Assembly: GCA_025361185.1 (NCBI GenBank)
Contig: JANYAR010000031.1
Location: 30,197-94,196 of the forward strand
Direction: 5' to 3'
Origin: Alphaproteobacteria bacterium
Lineage (GTDB): Bacteria > Pseudomonadota > Alphaproteobacteria > Micropepsales > Micropepsaceae
DNA: 64,000 bases
In this document: piece by piece, positions 10,520 to 21,451 of the stretch
Position numbering within the stretch: position 1 is the stretch's first letter
Layout: each line of letters starts with the position of its first letter
The notes under the pieces: model-generated
Told to the model about the DNA's origin: nothing
The model's database searches: none
The model's input: the letters and a program-made list of their open reading frames with translations, nothing else
Translations under genes and position numbers: made by a program

Positions 10520-12127
10520 ATGGCCGTGGCCAGTCCGGTACTTATTGACCGTACGCAAATCCAGGAAGACCCGGCAGCGCTGTTGCGTTCGCTGGATTCC
10601 CTGCGCACGGCCATCACCATATTCGACCGCGGCGGCCGACTGCTCTATGCCAACGCCCACCTCAATTATCTTTTCCGCTCCTTTCCACCGCACGCCTCGC
10701 TGATCGGCCGCAGCTATGAGGAGCTGGTTCGACTGGAGATCGAGGGCGGAGAGATCGCGCCCAGCGCGCTGGCCGTCGGCGCCAAATCCTTTATCGCCCA
10801 ACGCCTCGGCCAACTGCGGGACGACGAATTCACCCCGCGGGACGTGGCATTGCGCGATCACCGGGTGGTTGAGATCAAGGCCCGCCGTGGCCAGAACGGC
10901 CACACCGTGCTGCTGTGGACCGACGTCACGGCCGCCCGCGCCCAGCTGACGCGACTGCAGGAAGCGGTTGCCCTCTCCGCCGAAGCTTTTGCTTTCTACG
11001 ATGCCGATGACAGGCTGATCTTGGCCAATGAACTCTATTCCGATTTGTGCGGCGTGCAAGTGCTCGACGAATTGATCGGCAAAACCTTTCCCGAAATCTG
11101 CGCCAGGGTCGCCTATAACGGCCGCATGGTTCTGGACGAAACGCCGGAAAAATGGCTGGAGCGCCGATTGCAGACACATCGCTCCGCCGCCGGCGCCGTC
11201 ACCCTGCGCACCAATACCGGTGAAGCCTATCTGGTGCGCGACCGCGCCGGTCACGACGGTGGCCGGGTCATGGTCTTCACCGACATCACCGACAAGGTCC
11301 GGGCCGAGACCGCCTTGGCCGAACAGGAACATGCCCTGGCCGACAGCCGCGCCCAGGCGGAAAAACAAAGCACCTATCTCGCCGATCTGGCGGCACGGCT
11401 CGACCAGACCAACGCCAGCATGCACAGCGCAAAGACCACTCTGCTGCGCACCATGGGCCATGAATTGAAAACCCCGTTGAACGCCATCCTGGGCTTTTCC
11501 GAGCTGATGTCGACTTTGGCGGACAATCTGACGGCGGCGCAGATTCGCGAATATGCCGGCCTGGTGCATCAGGGTGGCAGCAACCTGCTCAAGATCATCA
11601 ACCAGATCATGGACCTCACCAAAATTTCGGCGGGCCGCTACGACCTTCGCCGCATGCCCGTGGATGTCGGCAGCGTGCTGTGGCTGACACGCGACGTATT
11701 CGTGGCACGGGCCGAAGCGCGCGATATCACCATCGATGCGGACCGCTGCCCTGTGGGATTGATGGCAGACGCCGATGAAGGCGTCTTTACCGCCATGATT
11801 CACAGCCTTCTGGACAATGCCGTGACCTTTACCAGCGGCAAAACCATCACCCTGTCGGCCGCTGTAACGGAAGCGGGCATCGCCGTGACGGTGGAAGATG
11901 ACGGCCATGGCGTGCCGCCGGAAGAACTGCAGCGCATCCTGGAACCGTTTGAGCATGCCGGGGGCAGTGAAGGTTCCCAACATGCCAAAGGCGCAGGCCT
12001 TGGCCTGACCCTGGTCAAGGCCTTTGCGGAACTGCATGGCGGCTGGCTGGAACTGGACAGCCGGCAGGGCGAGGGATTCCGCGCCACCATCATGCTGCTT
12101 CCCGCCTCTCTGCCGACCGCGTCCTAA
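10520..12127 (+). CDS. Cytoplasmic PAS-PAS histidine kinase, PleC/PdhS-like
   Basis: Two PAS-like repeats, H-box MGHELKTPLNAILGFS, DDGHG, GAGLGL; no TM segment. Confidence 0.85.
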   Translation: MAVASPVLIDRTQIQEDPAALLRSLDSLRTAITIFDRGGRLLYANAHLNYLFRSFPPHASLIGRSYEELVRLEIEGGEIAPSALAVGAKSFIAQRLGQLRDDEFTPRDVALRDHRVVEIKARRGQNGHTVLLWTDVTAARAQLTRLQEAVALSAEAFAFYDADDRLILANELYSDLCGVQVLDELIGKTFPEICARVAYNGRMVLDETPEKWLERRLQTHRSAAGAVTLRTNTGEAYLVRDRAGHDGGRVMVFTDITDKVRAETALAEQEHALADSRAQAEKQSTYLADLAARLDQTNASMHSAKTTLLRTMGHELKTPLNAILGFSELMSTLADNLTAAQIREYAGLVHQGGSNLLKIINQIMDLTKISAGRYDLRRMPVDVGSVLWLTRDVFVARAEARDITIDADRCPVGLMADADEGVFTAMIHSLLDNAVTFTSGKTITLSAAVTEAGIAVTVEDDGHGVPPEELQRILEPFEHAGGSEGSQHAKGAGLGLTLVKAFAELHGGWLELDSRQGEGFRATIMLLPASLPTAS

Positions 12128-12195
12128 CCCATACCCTGAAGTGATAGGCGGGCTTTCTTCCCGGGAGGCCGCGCGGACGCGGGTTAAATAAAATT

Positions 12196-12211
12196 TTACG
12201 AAAATTTTAAC
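12196..12211 (+). promoter_or_regulatory. CtrA-like site
   Basis: TTAC-GAAAATT-TTAAC in an AT-rich intergenic region; GANTC at 12219 and 12241. Confidence 0.45.
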
Positions 12212-12384
12212 GGCATCTGATTCAACCACGGCATTCTTTTGAATCGAAGCGGAACGATCCCGTCAGTGTCGCGTTTGCGCTGATACAGAGAAGCCACAAC
12301 TAGGTCCAATTTTAGAAATGCGACTAAGCGCCCGGGAACAGGGCGCGGGCGATGCTGTCCGCGTGGAACACAGAAGGGCATGAC

Positions 12385-12687
12385 ATGATTTTCCGGGCCG
12401 TATTCTGGATTGGTCTCGTGTCGCTGTTGACGCCGCACGAACCCGATCTCGGCCCGGGACGCCCGGGCGCCGGCACATCACCCCCCTCCCCCCCCACCAT
12501 CTCATCCCCCGCCAGTGGTCTCTCGCGGACGGGCCAGGATTGTGGTTCGGCATGTGTCGGCGGCCTCGGCCTGCTCTCTGTGTTCCACCTCAACACCGAT
12601 CGCAATCTGACCGCCCGGCTGGCGGACGTGAAAGCCCAGATCAGGCAGGATCAGCGCGCCCGCGCCCAACGCGCGAAATCGATTTAG
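12385..12687 (+). CDS. Small exported/membrane protein, DUF5330-like N-terminus
   Basis: MIFRAVFWIGLVSLLTP start; divergent from divJ. Confidence 0.5.
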   Translation: MIFRAVFWIGLVSLLTPHEPDLGPGRPGAGTSPPSPPTISSPASGLSRTGQDCGSACVGGLGLLSVFHLNTDRNLTARLADVKAQIRQDQRARAQRAKSI

Positions 12688-12813
12688 CCGAACAGGTCCG
12701 CCTGCGAGCGGGCCGTATCACATCCGGCGCGCGCTCTGACAAAGGTCCGCAGACATAGGGTCCGCAGGCACTTTTCGCGCATAAACGGCGCACGTGCTAT
12801 AGGTGTCGCCGCT

Positions 12814-13158
12814 ATGCGCCCGATCATTCTCCTTGTGCTCCTGCTGCCGCTGACGGCATGCGGCCTGTTTGCGAACAAGGAGATTCGAACCTTGCGCAAA
12901 ACGCCCGACTATCGCGCCGGCTACCAGGACGGCTGTAGCAGCGCCTGGGGACCCGACGCCAACAAGCGTCATGACGACACCATCGTGCGCGACGACCAGC
13001 AGTACAAGAACAACCGCGCCTATCATGTGGGCTGGGATCGCGGTCTGAGGGCCTGCCGCAGCACCGGTTATACCGGGGGCGCCTTGCCGGGAACCGTACC
13101 CAGCGGCCCAGTTCCGGACATGAATCCGGGTAATGGCGGAGTACCGCGCGGGCTCTAG
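12814..13158 (+). CDS. Hypothetical lipoprotein
   Basis: Lipobox LTAC after hydrophobic stretch; YRAGYQDGC and YHVGWDRG..C motifs. Confidence 0.7.
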   Translation: MRPIILLVLLLPLTACGLFANKEIRTLRKTPDYRAGYQDGCSSAWGPDANKRHDDTIVRDDQQYKNNRAYHVGWDRGLRACRSTGYTGGALPGTVPSGPVPDMNPGNGGVPRGL

Positions 13159-13215
13159 TTGCGCAAGCCTCCCCTTGCGGCGCGCGTCAGCGCACAGGAG
13201 GGGGTCATGCGGCCG

Positions 13216-13851
13216 CTATTCAGCGGCCGCTCTCACCGCGTGTTCTTCCTTGTTCAGGTTCTCCGCGGCGAAGTCCCAGTTCAAAATCTTGCTCAGTACG
13301 GCAGCGAGATATTTGGGCCGCGCATTCTGATAGTCCAGATAGTAGGCATGCTCCCACACATCCACGGCCAACAGACAGTTCGTGCCTTTGGCCATGGGGG
13401 TTTCGGCGTCGGGAGTCTTTTCGATGGAAAGCTTTCCGCCCTTGCTGACCAGCCAGGCCCAGCCGGAACCGAATTGAGTCTTGCCGGCTTCCGCCAACTG
13501 CACGATCAGCGCATCCTTGGTGCCGAAAGCTGCGGCAATGGCGCTGTCCAACTGCGCGCCGGGCTTGGTTTTGAAGGGGGTCAGGCTGCGCCAATAGAAA
13601 TCGTGATTCCACGTCTGGGCGGCGTTGTTGAAAATCTGCTTGTCCTTGGCCTCGCCGCTTGCCGCGGTCTTCTGCACGACCTCCTCCAGCGTCATGTCGG
13701 CATAATTGCTGCCGTCCACCAGCTTGTTGAGGGTGTCTACATAGCTCTGGTGATGCTTGTGATAGTGCAAAGAAATGGTGTTGGCAGAGATGACAGGGGC
13801 AAGGGTATCTTCGTCCCAGGGCAACGGCGCGAGCTTGAATGGGGTAGGCAT
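13216..13851 (-). CDS. sodB: Fe/Mn superoxide dismutase (probably Fe)
   Basis: HYHKHHQSYV, FNNAAQTWNH, FGSGWAWL, DVWEHAYY. Confidence 0.95.
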   Translation of the reverse strand: MPTPFKLAPLPWDEDTLAPVISANTISLHYHKHHQSYVDTLNKLVDGSNYADMTLEEVVQKTAASGEAKDKQIFNNAAQTWNHDFYWRSLTPFKTKPGAQLDSAIAAAFGTKDALIVQLAEAGKTQFGSGWAWLVSKGGKLSIEKTPDAETPMAKGTNCLLAVDVWEHAYYLDYQNARPKYLAAVLSKILNWDFAAENLNKEEHAVRAAAE

Positions 13852-14061
13852 GAGGACTCCTCCAACAAATGAAGTGGTGCCCCCCTAACGCACATGGGGT
13901 CGAAAAGCTCCCGGCAACCCGCGTTTGTGAAAATATGCCGGCTCAGACGCATTTCAACAATTTGTGATGTCTGTAACCCAATTGTCATTCGACATTCGCG
14001 GCTGCATCGCGCAAAACGTCAAACAAGCGGGGTAGTTAGTAGGAAATTGTTGGAGGCCGTA

Positions 14062-14271
14062 ATGCCCGCATACGAAATCTGCTATCTGGATGAGGAAGGC
14101 ACCCTCACCTACAAATTCTCCGCCGATTGCGATAACGACCAGCGCGCCAAGATCCTGGCCCATGCCATGAAGACGCCCCGCGCCAGAAAGCTGGAAGTGT
14201 GGAGCGGGCCGATGCTGATCTACAGCCGCCCCAGCGCCGCGCCGGGACAGCAAATGCTGCGAGCAAACTAA
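14062..14271 (+). CDS. Small hypothetical protein
   Basis: GGAGG SD; MPAYEICYLDEEG...LEVWSGPMLIY. Confidence 0.65.
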   Translation: MPAYEICYLDEEGTLTYKFSADCDNDQRAKILAHAMKTPRARKLEVWSGPMLIYSRPSAAPGQQMLRAN

Positions 14272-14279
14272 AAACGCGG

Positions 14280-15677
14280 CTAGAGCAGCCCTTCGCGCCG
14301 CACCCAATCCAGCGTCTTATTCAGCCCGCGTTCGAAGCGGTCGAACAATTCATGGATTTCCGCCTCGCTGATCACCAGCGGCGGGCACAGCGCGACACGA
14401 TCACTGATCAGCGGCCGCACGATGATACCTTCGTCCTGGCAGAACTGACCGCATTTGGTGCCCACCCCTTTGGCGGCTTCGAAATTGCGCTTGGTTTTCT
14501 TGTCGGCCACCATTTCGATGGCACCAATCAGGCCGACGCCATCCGCTTCACCCACCAAGGGATGTTCGGCCAGGGCCTTGAGCCGCGCCTGGAAGACCGG
14601 CGCCACCTTGCGGACATGGCCGAAGGTATCGCGGCGCTGATAGATCTCCAGTGTCTTCACCGCCACGGCGGCGGCCACCGGATGAGCGCTGTAGGTGAAG
14701 GCATGCCAGAGCCCGCCGATGCGCACGGCCTCTTCTTCGATGATCTCCACCAGCTCGGGTGACAGCAGCACCGCCGAGATCGGCATATAGGCCGATGACA
14801 GCGCCTTGGCGACCGACATGGAATCGGGCTGAAAATTATAGGTCTGGCAGCCGAAGGCGTTGCCGGTGCGGCCGAAGCCGCAGATCACTTCGTCATCCAC
14901 CAGCCGAATATCGTATTTGTTCAGCACCGCCGTAATGGCCTCGAAATAGCCGCGCGGGGGCACCATGGCGCCGCCGGCCCCCATCACCGCCTCCACGAAC
15001 ATCGCAGCGATACTGTCGGGACCTTCGCGCTGGATCGTCGCGTCCAGGCTGGCGGCCAGGCGCGCGGAATATTGTTCCTCGCTCTCGCCCGCCTCGGCGC
15101 CGCGATAATAATGCGGGCATTCCACCCGCACGGTGAAATCGAACGGCAGGTCGAAGCTTTTGTGGAACGCATCCAGTCCCGTCAGGCTGGCGCTGGCCAA
15201 GGTCACGCCATGATAGGCTTTGGTGCGGGCGATGATCTTCTTGCGTCCCTTTTGCCCGCGCGCGTTGGCGGCGTACCACATCAGCTTGATCTGGCTGTCA
15301 TTGGCCTCGGAGCCGGAATTGGCGAAGAACACCTTGCCGACGGGAAAGGGCGCCATCTCCTTGAGCTTTTCGGCCAGCGCGATGCCCGGTTCATGGCTCT
15401 TGCCGCCGAAGATGTGGGCGTAGGAAAGCTTGCGCATCTGTTCGGCCGCGGCTTGCACCAGCTCTTCCTCGCCCCAGCCCAGCGCGGTACACCACAGCCC
15501 GCCCATCGCTTCCAGATAATCCTTGCCGTCGCTGCCATAGACGAACACGCCTTTGCCGCGATCAATCACCAGGGGCCCGGTCTGACGCAAGGTGGTGAGA
15601 TTGGTGAAAGGGTGCAGCAGGCTCGCCATGTCGCGGGCCTGCGTGTTGGAAAGTGTGGCATTCGGAGGCGTGGGCAT
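14280..15677 (-). CDS. Class III aminotransferase (omega-amine:pyruvate type)
   Basis: GLWC, NSGSEAND, AYHG, DEVICGFGRTG, AKALSS. Confidence 0.92.
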   Translation of the reverse strand: MPTPPNATLSNTQARDMASLLHPFTNLTTLRQTGPLVIDRGKGVFVYGSDGKDYLEAMGGLWCTALGWGEEELVQAAAEQMRKLSYAHIFGGKSHEPGIALAEKLKEMAPFPVGKVFFANSGSEANDSQIKLMWYAANARGQKGRKKIIARTKAYHGVTLASASLTGLDAFHKSFDLPFDFTVRVECPHYYRGAEAGESEEQYSARLAASLDATIQREGPDSIAAMFVEAVMGAGGAMVPPRGYFEAITAVLNKYDIRLVDDEVICGFGRTGNAFGCQTYNFQPDSMSVAKALSSAYMPISAVLLSPELVEIIEEEAVRIGGLWHAFTYSAHPVAAAVAVKTLEIYQRRDTFGHVRKVAPVFQARLKALAEHPLVGEADGVGLIGAIEMVADKKTKRNFEAAKGVGTKCGQFCQDEGIIVRPLISDRVALCPPLVISEAEIHELFDRFERGLNKTLDWVRREGLL

Positions 15678-15758
15678 CTTTGGCTCTCACTATCGCGGCG
15701 CGGCGCAATCTACCTTATGCTGGATGCTGCATAAAATGCCCAATCCCGGATTACTCCC

Positions 15759-16520
15759 ATGCGTTTCCAACTGATTGCCGCGCGGACGGCACTTGCCGCC
15801 CTGCTTGTGGCCGTCCTGGCGGCGCTTTGCGCGGTCGCCCTGGTGCGGCTGGGCCTGCTGACGGACGAAGGGGGCCGCACCCTGATGGTCCCGGCCACGG
15901 GGCTGGGCCTGATCTCGCTGGCGCTGGCGTTTTTGTGGCTGCGTTCGGCGCTGGCGCGCAATGAAGGCGAGGGCAAACGCATAGGGCTGATCGCCCTGGC
16001 CGGCGCGCTCACCTTTCTCTATGCCCCGCTCACTTATGTCTATTACGGGTACAAGGCGCCGCCCATTCACGACGTGACCACAGACCCCGAAGATCCGCCC
16101 CAGTTTGTGGCCCTGGCCAAGATCCACCCCGCCAATAGCCGGGTCTTCGAGGCCGCGCGCAAGATTTCCTATCACGGCGAGCAGGTCACCGTGGCTTATG
16201 CCTTGCACGAGGAATACCCGGCTTTGACCAAGCCGCATGCCGGATTGCTGGTGTCGCCGCAGAAAGCCTATTGGCGCTGCTTCGAGCGGGCGAAAGCGCT
16301 GGGCTGGACGATTGTGGATGCCAGCGAGAAGGAACAGCGCATCGAGGCTACCGACAAGAGCCTCTGGTTCGGGCGCATCAGCGACATCGTGATCCGGGTG
16401 CGCCCGGCGGGCGCCATCGGCAGCCGGGTCGATATACGGTCCCAGAGCCGCGACAGCGAACTGGACCATGGCCGCAACGCGGCGCGGATCAAGGCCTTCT
16501 TCCGTCAACTCCGATTGTGA
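15759..16520 (+). CDS. DUF1499 family membrane protein
   Basis: 3 TM, PPIHDVTTD..DPPQF, SRVDIRSQSR...DHGRNAARI. Confidence 0.88.
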   Translation: MRFQLIAARTALAALLVAVLAALCAVALVRLGLLTDEGGRTLMVPATGLGLISLALAFLWLRSALARNEGEGKRIGLIALAGALTFLYAPLTYVYYGYKAPPIHDVTTDPEDPPQFVALAKIHPANSRVFEAARKISYHGEQVTVAYALHEEYPALTKPHAGLLVSPQKAYWRCFERAKALGWTIVDASEKEQRIEATDKSLWFGRISDIVIRVRPAGAIGSRVDIRSQSRDSELDHGRNAARIKAFFRQLRL

Positions 16521-17397
16521 GACGCCAAGCCCCCGCTTGCGGCGCGGCTTCACCGCGCGCCTGCAGATGCGCCAGATGCGCCAGAAGCTGCTGCGTCGCG
16601 GCCAAACGCAGCGCCGGTTGAATATCCGGATAAAGCTTTTCCACCAGCGCGGCTATGGTCTGCGCCCCGTCCGCCAGCGCGGACAGGACTTGGCCTTCGC
16701 GCATGCGACGATGGGCGATCAACTGGCCAAGCCAGTCCTTGGGCGCGGGTATAGGCGAGCCATGGGTGGGATAAAAAACTCCCTCGTCGCGCGCCGCCAA
16801 TTTTTCCAGGCTGGCGAGATAGTCGCCCATATCGCCGTCGGGTGGAGCGATCACGCTGGTCGACCAGCCCATCACATGATCGCCGGTGAACAGCGCTTTT
16901 TCCTGCGTCAGCGCATAGCAGATGTGATTGGCGGTATGACCGGGCGTCGCCACGCATTCCAACTCAAAGCCGTCGCCGGCAATCGGCATGCCGTCATGCA
17001 CGGTGATATCGGGCACGAAATCGTGATCATGCGCTTCGTCGACCATGCCTTCTTCCGGCGATATCGGCGCGGTTCGCGACGGAAGCGGCAATCCATAAGT
17101 CTTGGCACCGCTCCAATCCTTCAACGCAGCAGCCGCCGGTGAATGATCGCGATGGGTATGGGTGACAAGGATATGGCTGACCTGGCGGGAGCCAAGCGCC
17201 CGCTTCAAGGCTTGGATATGGTCCGGCAGATTCGGGCCCGGATCGATCACCGCGACGCGCGCGCCCGCGCCCACAATATAGACCCCGGTGCCCTTGAAGG
17301 TGAAAGGGCCTGGGTTGCATGCCAACAGGCGTGCAACGTGCCGGGACAAGCGCACCTCTATTCCATAAGGCGCATCCAGCGAACGATCGAAATTCAT
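16489..17397 (-). CDS. MBL-fold metallo-hydrolase (LACTB2-like)
   Basis: NPGPFTFKGT, THTHRDHS, TPGHT, TGDHVMGWST. Confidence 0.9.
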   Translation of the reverse strand: MNFDRSLDAPYGIEVRLSRHVARLLACNPGPFTFKGTGVYIVGAGARVAVIDPGPNLPDHIQALKRALGSRQVSHILVTHTHRDHSPAAAALKDWSGAKTYGLPLPSRTAPISPEEGMVDEAHDHDFVPDITVHDGMPIAGDGFELECVATPGHTANHICYALTQEKALFTGDHVMGWSTSVIAPPDGDMGDYLASLEKLAARDEGVFYPTHGSPIPAPKDWLGQLIAHRRMREGQVLSALADGAQTIAALVEKLYPDIQPALRLAATQQLLAHLAHLQARGEAAPQAGAWRLTIGVDGRRP

Positions 17398-17549
17398 GCC
17401 CCGGTCATCCGAAAATCCGTGCCCGACTTTAAGGCAGTTTGGCGAGCCCCTGGCAATCAGGCCCGGCAATCAGGACGGTGCGGCCATCCATTGACACGGC
17501 CTGAGCCCCCGCGTTTGTCTTGTTCTTTGGGGCCCTCTCGGAGGCGCAA

Positions 17550-17702
17550 TTGCGAAGCTTTGAAATCATCGCCGGACTGCTGCTGGCCGCCATCCTGTTC
17601 ATCGCTCTCAAAGTGATCGGGCTGGTCTTCAAATTCGCCCTCATCGCCGCTATGCTGGGCTTTGTTGCGGGTCTGTTGTTGGCGCGCGCGCTGCGGCGCT
17701 AA
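17550..17702 (+). CDS. Small hydrophobic protein (2 TM)
   Basis: GGAGG SD before TTG; two hydrophobic helices. Confidence 0.5.
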   Translation: MRSFEIIAGLLLAAILFIALKVIGLVFKFALIAAMLGFVAGLLLARALRR

Positions 17703-17880
17703 CCCCAGGGTCAAGTTCCCAACATGCAACTTTCTGTTGCGGACCGCGTTTATCCCTGGCCCATGACACGGTTTGGACATCGCCCAAGCCACGATTTCGC
17801 CGTTCTGTAACGCTTCAGTTTGCCTTGCGTGTAAAGACAGAATTATTCCCAAAAAGGCCAAACAAAAAAAGGATTTACCC

Positions 17881-18510
17881 ATGATCAAGTCACTGACCAA
17901 GCTGGCTTCGGCCGCCGTTCTTGCCACCGTTTGCCTTGCCATTCCCGCCCAGGCCGATAACGACAAGGGCGAGGTGCTGCGGGACGCCAACCGCACCGTC
18001 AACCATCTGCGTACCGACCCGGCTTTCGGCACCGCCCGCACCATGCTGCAAGGCGCCGAGGCGATCTACATCGTGCCCAGGCTGATCAAGGGCGGCTTCA
18101 TCTTCGGCGCCGAGGGCGGCGAAGGCGTGCTGCTGCACCGCACCGGTCGCGGCTGGAGCACCCCGCGCTTCTACGACATGGGCTCGGCCTCTTTCGGCCT
18201 GCAAATCGGCCTGGAAAAAGCGGAATTGGTCTTCATCATCAACTCCAAGCGCGCCCTGCGCGGCATCGAAAAAGGCGAGCTCAAGCTGGGCGCCGGCGCC
18301 GGCATTACGGTCGTCACCCTGTCCAGCGCCGCCGAAGGCGCCACCACCACCCATGGCGGCGACATGGTCGTCTGGGCCTCGGGTACCGGCGCCTATGGCG
18401 GCCTGACCTTCAACGGCACGGTCATCAAGCAGGATAAGGACGAGAACGCGGTTCCGGCCACCGGCCCGGAGGCCCAGGCGCTGCGCAAGAATTTGGCCAG
18501 CATCTGGTAA
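17881..18510 (+). CDS. Ysc84/SYLF lipid-binding domain exported protein
   Basis: Signal peptide; KGGFIFGAEGGEGVL, SASFGLQIG. Confidence 0.85.
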   Translation: MIKSLTKLASAAVLATVCLAIPAQADNDKGEVLRDANRTVNHLRTDPAFGTARTMLQGAEAIYIVPRLIKGGFIFGAEGGEGVLLHRTGRGWSTPRFYDMGSASFGLQIGLEKAELVFIINSKRALRGIEKGELKLGAGAGITVVTLSSAAEGATTTHGGDMVVWASGTGAYGGLTFNGTVIKQDKDENAVPATGPEAQALRKNLASIW

Positions 18511-18605
18511 GCACCCTTCATCGGGAGTAGGCTTGGGCGCCCAGCTGGTCCTTTTTCGGATATCGGCGGGCGCCCCTTTCTTTCAGTCATCAGAGGAACC
18601 CCCCA

Positions 18606-18989
18606 ATGAAAAAAATCGCCCTGCTTGCCGCCTGTGCGGCCCTGATCGCCACCCCCGCTTTCGCCGATCTGACAGCCGAACTCTCGGTCGGCCAGACCCA
18701 TGCCGGCATGGCCGCCACCCAGACCGACGTCGCCATGGTGCACACCCATCTGCAACATGCCCTGAACTGCCTGGTCGGCCCCACCGGCGCCGGCTTTGAC
18801 GCGGGCAAGGGCAATCCCTGCGCCAAGGCCTTCGGCGGCGGCGCCATCGCCGATGCCGCAAGCCCGGCCCAGAAGACCAAGCTCGAAGCCGCTGCCGCGA
18901 GCGCCAAGGCTGGCATCGCTTCGGCTGACCTCGCCGCTGCCCAGAAGGACGCGCAAGCCACTGCCGACGGCATCGGCTCCGCGAAATAG
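18606..18989 (+). CDS. Secreted His/Cys-containing hypothetical protein
   Basis: Signal peptide (AFA), [20 protein letters not shown]...NPC. Confidence 0.75.
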   Translation: MKKIALLAACAALIATPAFADLTAELSVGQTHAGMAATQTDVAMVHTHLQHALNCLVGPTGAGFDAGKGNPCAKAFGGGAIADAASPAQKTKLEAAAASAKAGIASADLAAAQKDAQATADGIGSAK

Positions 18990-19010
18990 CATCGTTTCTA
19001 TCTGGAATAA

Positions 19011-19043
19011 AAAAGGGCGGCTCTCGGGCCGCCCTTATGTTTT
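19011..19043. terminator. Probable bidirectional intrinsic terminator
   Basis: AAGGGCGGC/GCCGCCCTT stem flanked by A- and T-rich tracts. Confidence 0.65.
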
Positions 19044-19093
19044 CAACGTCTGTGCGTGGTTGCCCGCCCGCAGGGCCACCCTATATTACCCCC

Positions 19094-21451
19094 ATGGCCC
19101 ACAATAACGGCACGGTTCCCCGGCAGAAGAAGTCGCGCACGGGCATGCGCGACAACCAAGCCAAGTTCGAAGCGGCGGCGCTCAAGCCCGAGGCCGATCC
19201 CGCCATTGATCCCGCCTATCAGACTGTGCCGATCAGCAACTTCACGCCCCACCGCCCGGCGCGGCCCGAGAAATCCGAAGGCGGCAAGACCTTTAAGCTG
19301 GTCAGCGATTACGAACCGGCCGGCGACCAGCGCACCGCCATCCCCGAACTGGTGGCGGGTGTGCGCGCCAACGAGCGCGACCAGGTGCTGCTGGGCGTCA
19401 CCGGCTCCGGCAAAACCTTCACCATGGCCAAGATCATCGAGGCCACCCAGCGCCCGGCCCTGATCCTGGCCCCCAACAAGACATTGGCGGCACAGCTCTA
19501 TAGCGAGTTCAAGACTTTCTTTCCGGAAAACGCGGTGGAGTATTTCGTCAGCTATTACGATTACTACCAGCCCGAAGCCTATATCCCGCGCACCGACACC
19601 TATATCGAAAAAGACTCGTCGGTGAACGAGGAGATCGACCGCATGCGCCATTCGGCGACGCGCGCGATCCTGGAGCGCGATGACGTGATCATCGTGGCGT
19701 CGGTGTCCTGCATCTATGGCATCGGATCGGTGGAGACTTATTCCGGCACCGCGGTGGGCATCGCCCGCGGCGACAGAATAGATCGCCAGGCTGCGATCCA
19801 GAATCTGGTGGCGCTGCAATACCGCCGCAATGACGACAATTTCACCCGCGGCGCCTTCCGCGTGCGCGGCGACACCATCGACATCTTCCCCGCCCATTAT
19901 GAAGACCGCGCCTGGCGGGTGGAGCTGTTCGGCGATGTGGTCGACAGCATCACCGAATTCGATCCGCTCACCGGCCACAAGGCGGGCGCGCTGGATGCGA
20001 TCAAGGTCTATGCCAATTCACACTATGTGACGCCGCGCCCCACCTTGCAGCAGGCGATGAAGGGCATCAAGGCCGAGCTAATCCAGCGGCTGGCGGAATT
20101 GCGCACCCAGGGAAAGCTGCTGGAAGCCCAGCGCCTGGAACAGCGCTGCACCTTCGATCTGGAGATGATCGAGGCCACCGGCAGTTGCGCCGGCATCGAG
20201 AATTATTCGCGCTGGCTGACGGGACGCAAATCCGGCGAGCCGCCGCCCACTTTGTTCGAATATCTGCCCGACAATGCGCTGGTGTTCTGCGACGAAAGCC
20301 ATGTCAGCGTGCCGCAGATCGGCGCCATGTACAAAGGCGACTATCGCCGCAAATTCACTTTGGCCGAGTATGGATTCCGCCTGCCATCCTGCATCGACAA
20401 CCGGCCGCTGAAATTCGAGGAATGGGACGCGATGCGGCCGCAGTCCGTCTATGTCAGCGCCACGCCGGGGCCATGGGAGATGGAGCGCACCGGCGGCATC
20501 TTCACCGAACAGGTGATCCGCCCCACCGGCTTGATCGATCCGCCGGTGGAGATACGCCCGGTGGAAAGCCAGGTCGACGATCTGATCGCCGAATGCCAGC
20601 TGATCGCCAAACGCGGCTATCGCGCCTTGGTCACCACCCTGACCAAGAAGATGGCGGAAGACCTGACCGAATATATGCACGACCAGGGCATCCGCGTGCG
20701 CTACATGCACAGCGATGTGGAAACCCTGGAGCGCATCGAGATCATCCGCGATCTTCGTCTGGGCGCTTTTGACGTCCTGATCGGCATCAACCTGCTGCGC
20801 GAAGGCTTGGACATTCCCGAATGCGGGCTGGTGGCCATATTGGACGCCGACAAGGAAGGCTTCCTGCGCTCGGAGACCTCGCTGGTCCAGACCATCGGGC
20901 GGGCGGCGCGCAATGTCGACGGCAAGGTGATCCTCTATGCCGACCGCATCACCGGCTCGATGGAGCGGGCGATGGCCGAGACCGGCCGCCGCCGCACCAA
21001 GCAGGAGGCCTACAACACCGAACACGGCATCACGCCGGCCAGCGTGAAGGCCAAGATCGCCGACATTATGGGTTCGATGTATGAGCGCGACCATGTCACG
21101 GTGGACAGCGGTCCGCTGGGCATGGCGGAAGGCGGACGCGAATTCGTCGGCCACAATATCAAGGCGGTGATCGCGGAGATCGAAAAGAAAATGCGCGCCG
21201 CCGCCGCCGACCTGGAGTTCGAGGAAGCCGCCCGGCTGCGCGACGAACTCAAGCGGCTGCAGACCACGGCGATGGCCATCGCCGATGACCCCTTCGCGCG
21301 GCAGAGCGATGTGGCAAGGCTGGACGCGGAGATCACCTATTCGACGGAAGACAGCCCGTCCAAGCCCATTCCGTCCAAAGGCGGGCGCAAGCGCCTGCAG
21401 CGGGCGGGGCGTCCCAATGTGCCCAAGACGTTTGGTTCCCGCGCGCGATAA
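19094..21451 (+). CDS. uvrB: Excinuclease ABC subunit B (start approximate)
   Basis: [40 protein letters not shown]. Confidence 0.97.
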   Translation: MAHNNGTVPRQKKSRTGMRDNQAKFEAAALKPEADPAIDPAYQTVPISNFTPHRPARPEKSEGGKTFKLVSDYEPAGDQRTAIPELVAGVRANERDQVLLGVTGSGKTFTMAKIIEATQRPALILAPNKTLAAQLYSEFKTFFPENAVEYFVSYYDYYQPEAYIPRTDTYIEKDSSVNEEIDRMRHSATRAILERDDVIIVASVSCIYGIGSVETYSGTAVGIARGDRIDRQAAIQNLVALQYRRNDDNFTRGAFRVRGDTIDIFPAHYEDRAWRVELFGDVVDSITEFDPLTGHKAGALDAIKVYANSHYVTPRPTLQQAMKGIKAELIQRLAELRTQGKLLEAQRLEQRCTFDLEMIEATGSCAGIENYSRWLTGRKSGEPPPTLFEYLPDNALVFCDESHVSVPQIGAMYKGDYRRKFTLAEYGFRLPSCIDNRPLKFEEWDAMRPQSVYVSATPGPWEMERTGGIFTEQVIRPTGLIDPPVEIRPVESQVDDLIAECQLIAKRGYRALVTTLTKKMAEDLTEYMHDQGIRVRYMHSDVETLERIEIIRDLRLGAFDVLIGINLLREGLDIPECGLVAILDADKEGFLRSETSLVQTIGRAARNVDGKVILYADRITGSMERAMAETGRRRTKQEAYNTEHGITPASVKAKIADIMGSMYERDHVTVDSGPLGMAEGGREFVGHNIKAVIAEIEKKMRAAAADLEFEEAARLRDELKRLQTTAMAIADDPFARQSDVARLDAEITYSTEDSPSKPIPSKGGRKRLQRAGRPNVPKTFGSRAR

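Noticed and set aside
12481-12510. C6-T-C8 tract as a phase-variation or G-quadruplex site
   Set aside because: The frame stays open through a Pro-rich linker, and such runs are unremarkable at this GC content.
18990-19094. Alphaproteobacterial SOS box upstream of uvrB (also checked uvrC)
   Set aside because: No GTTC-N7-GTTC or GAAC-N7-GAAC match found by eye.
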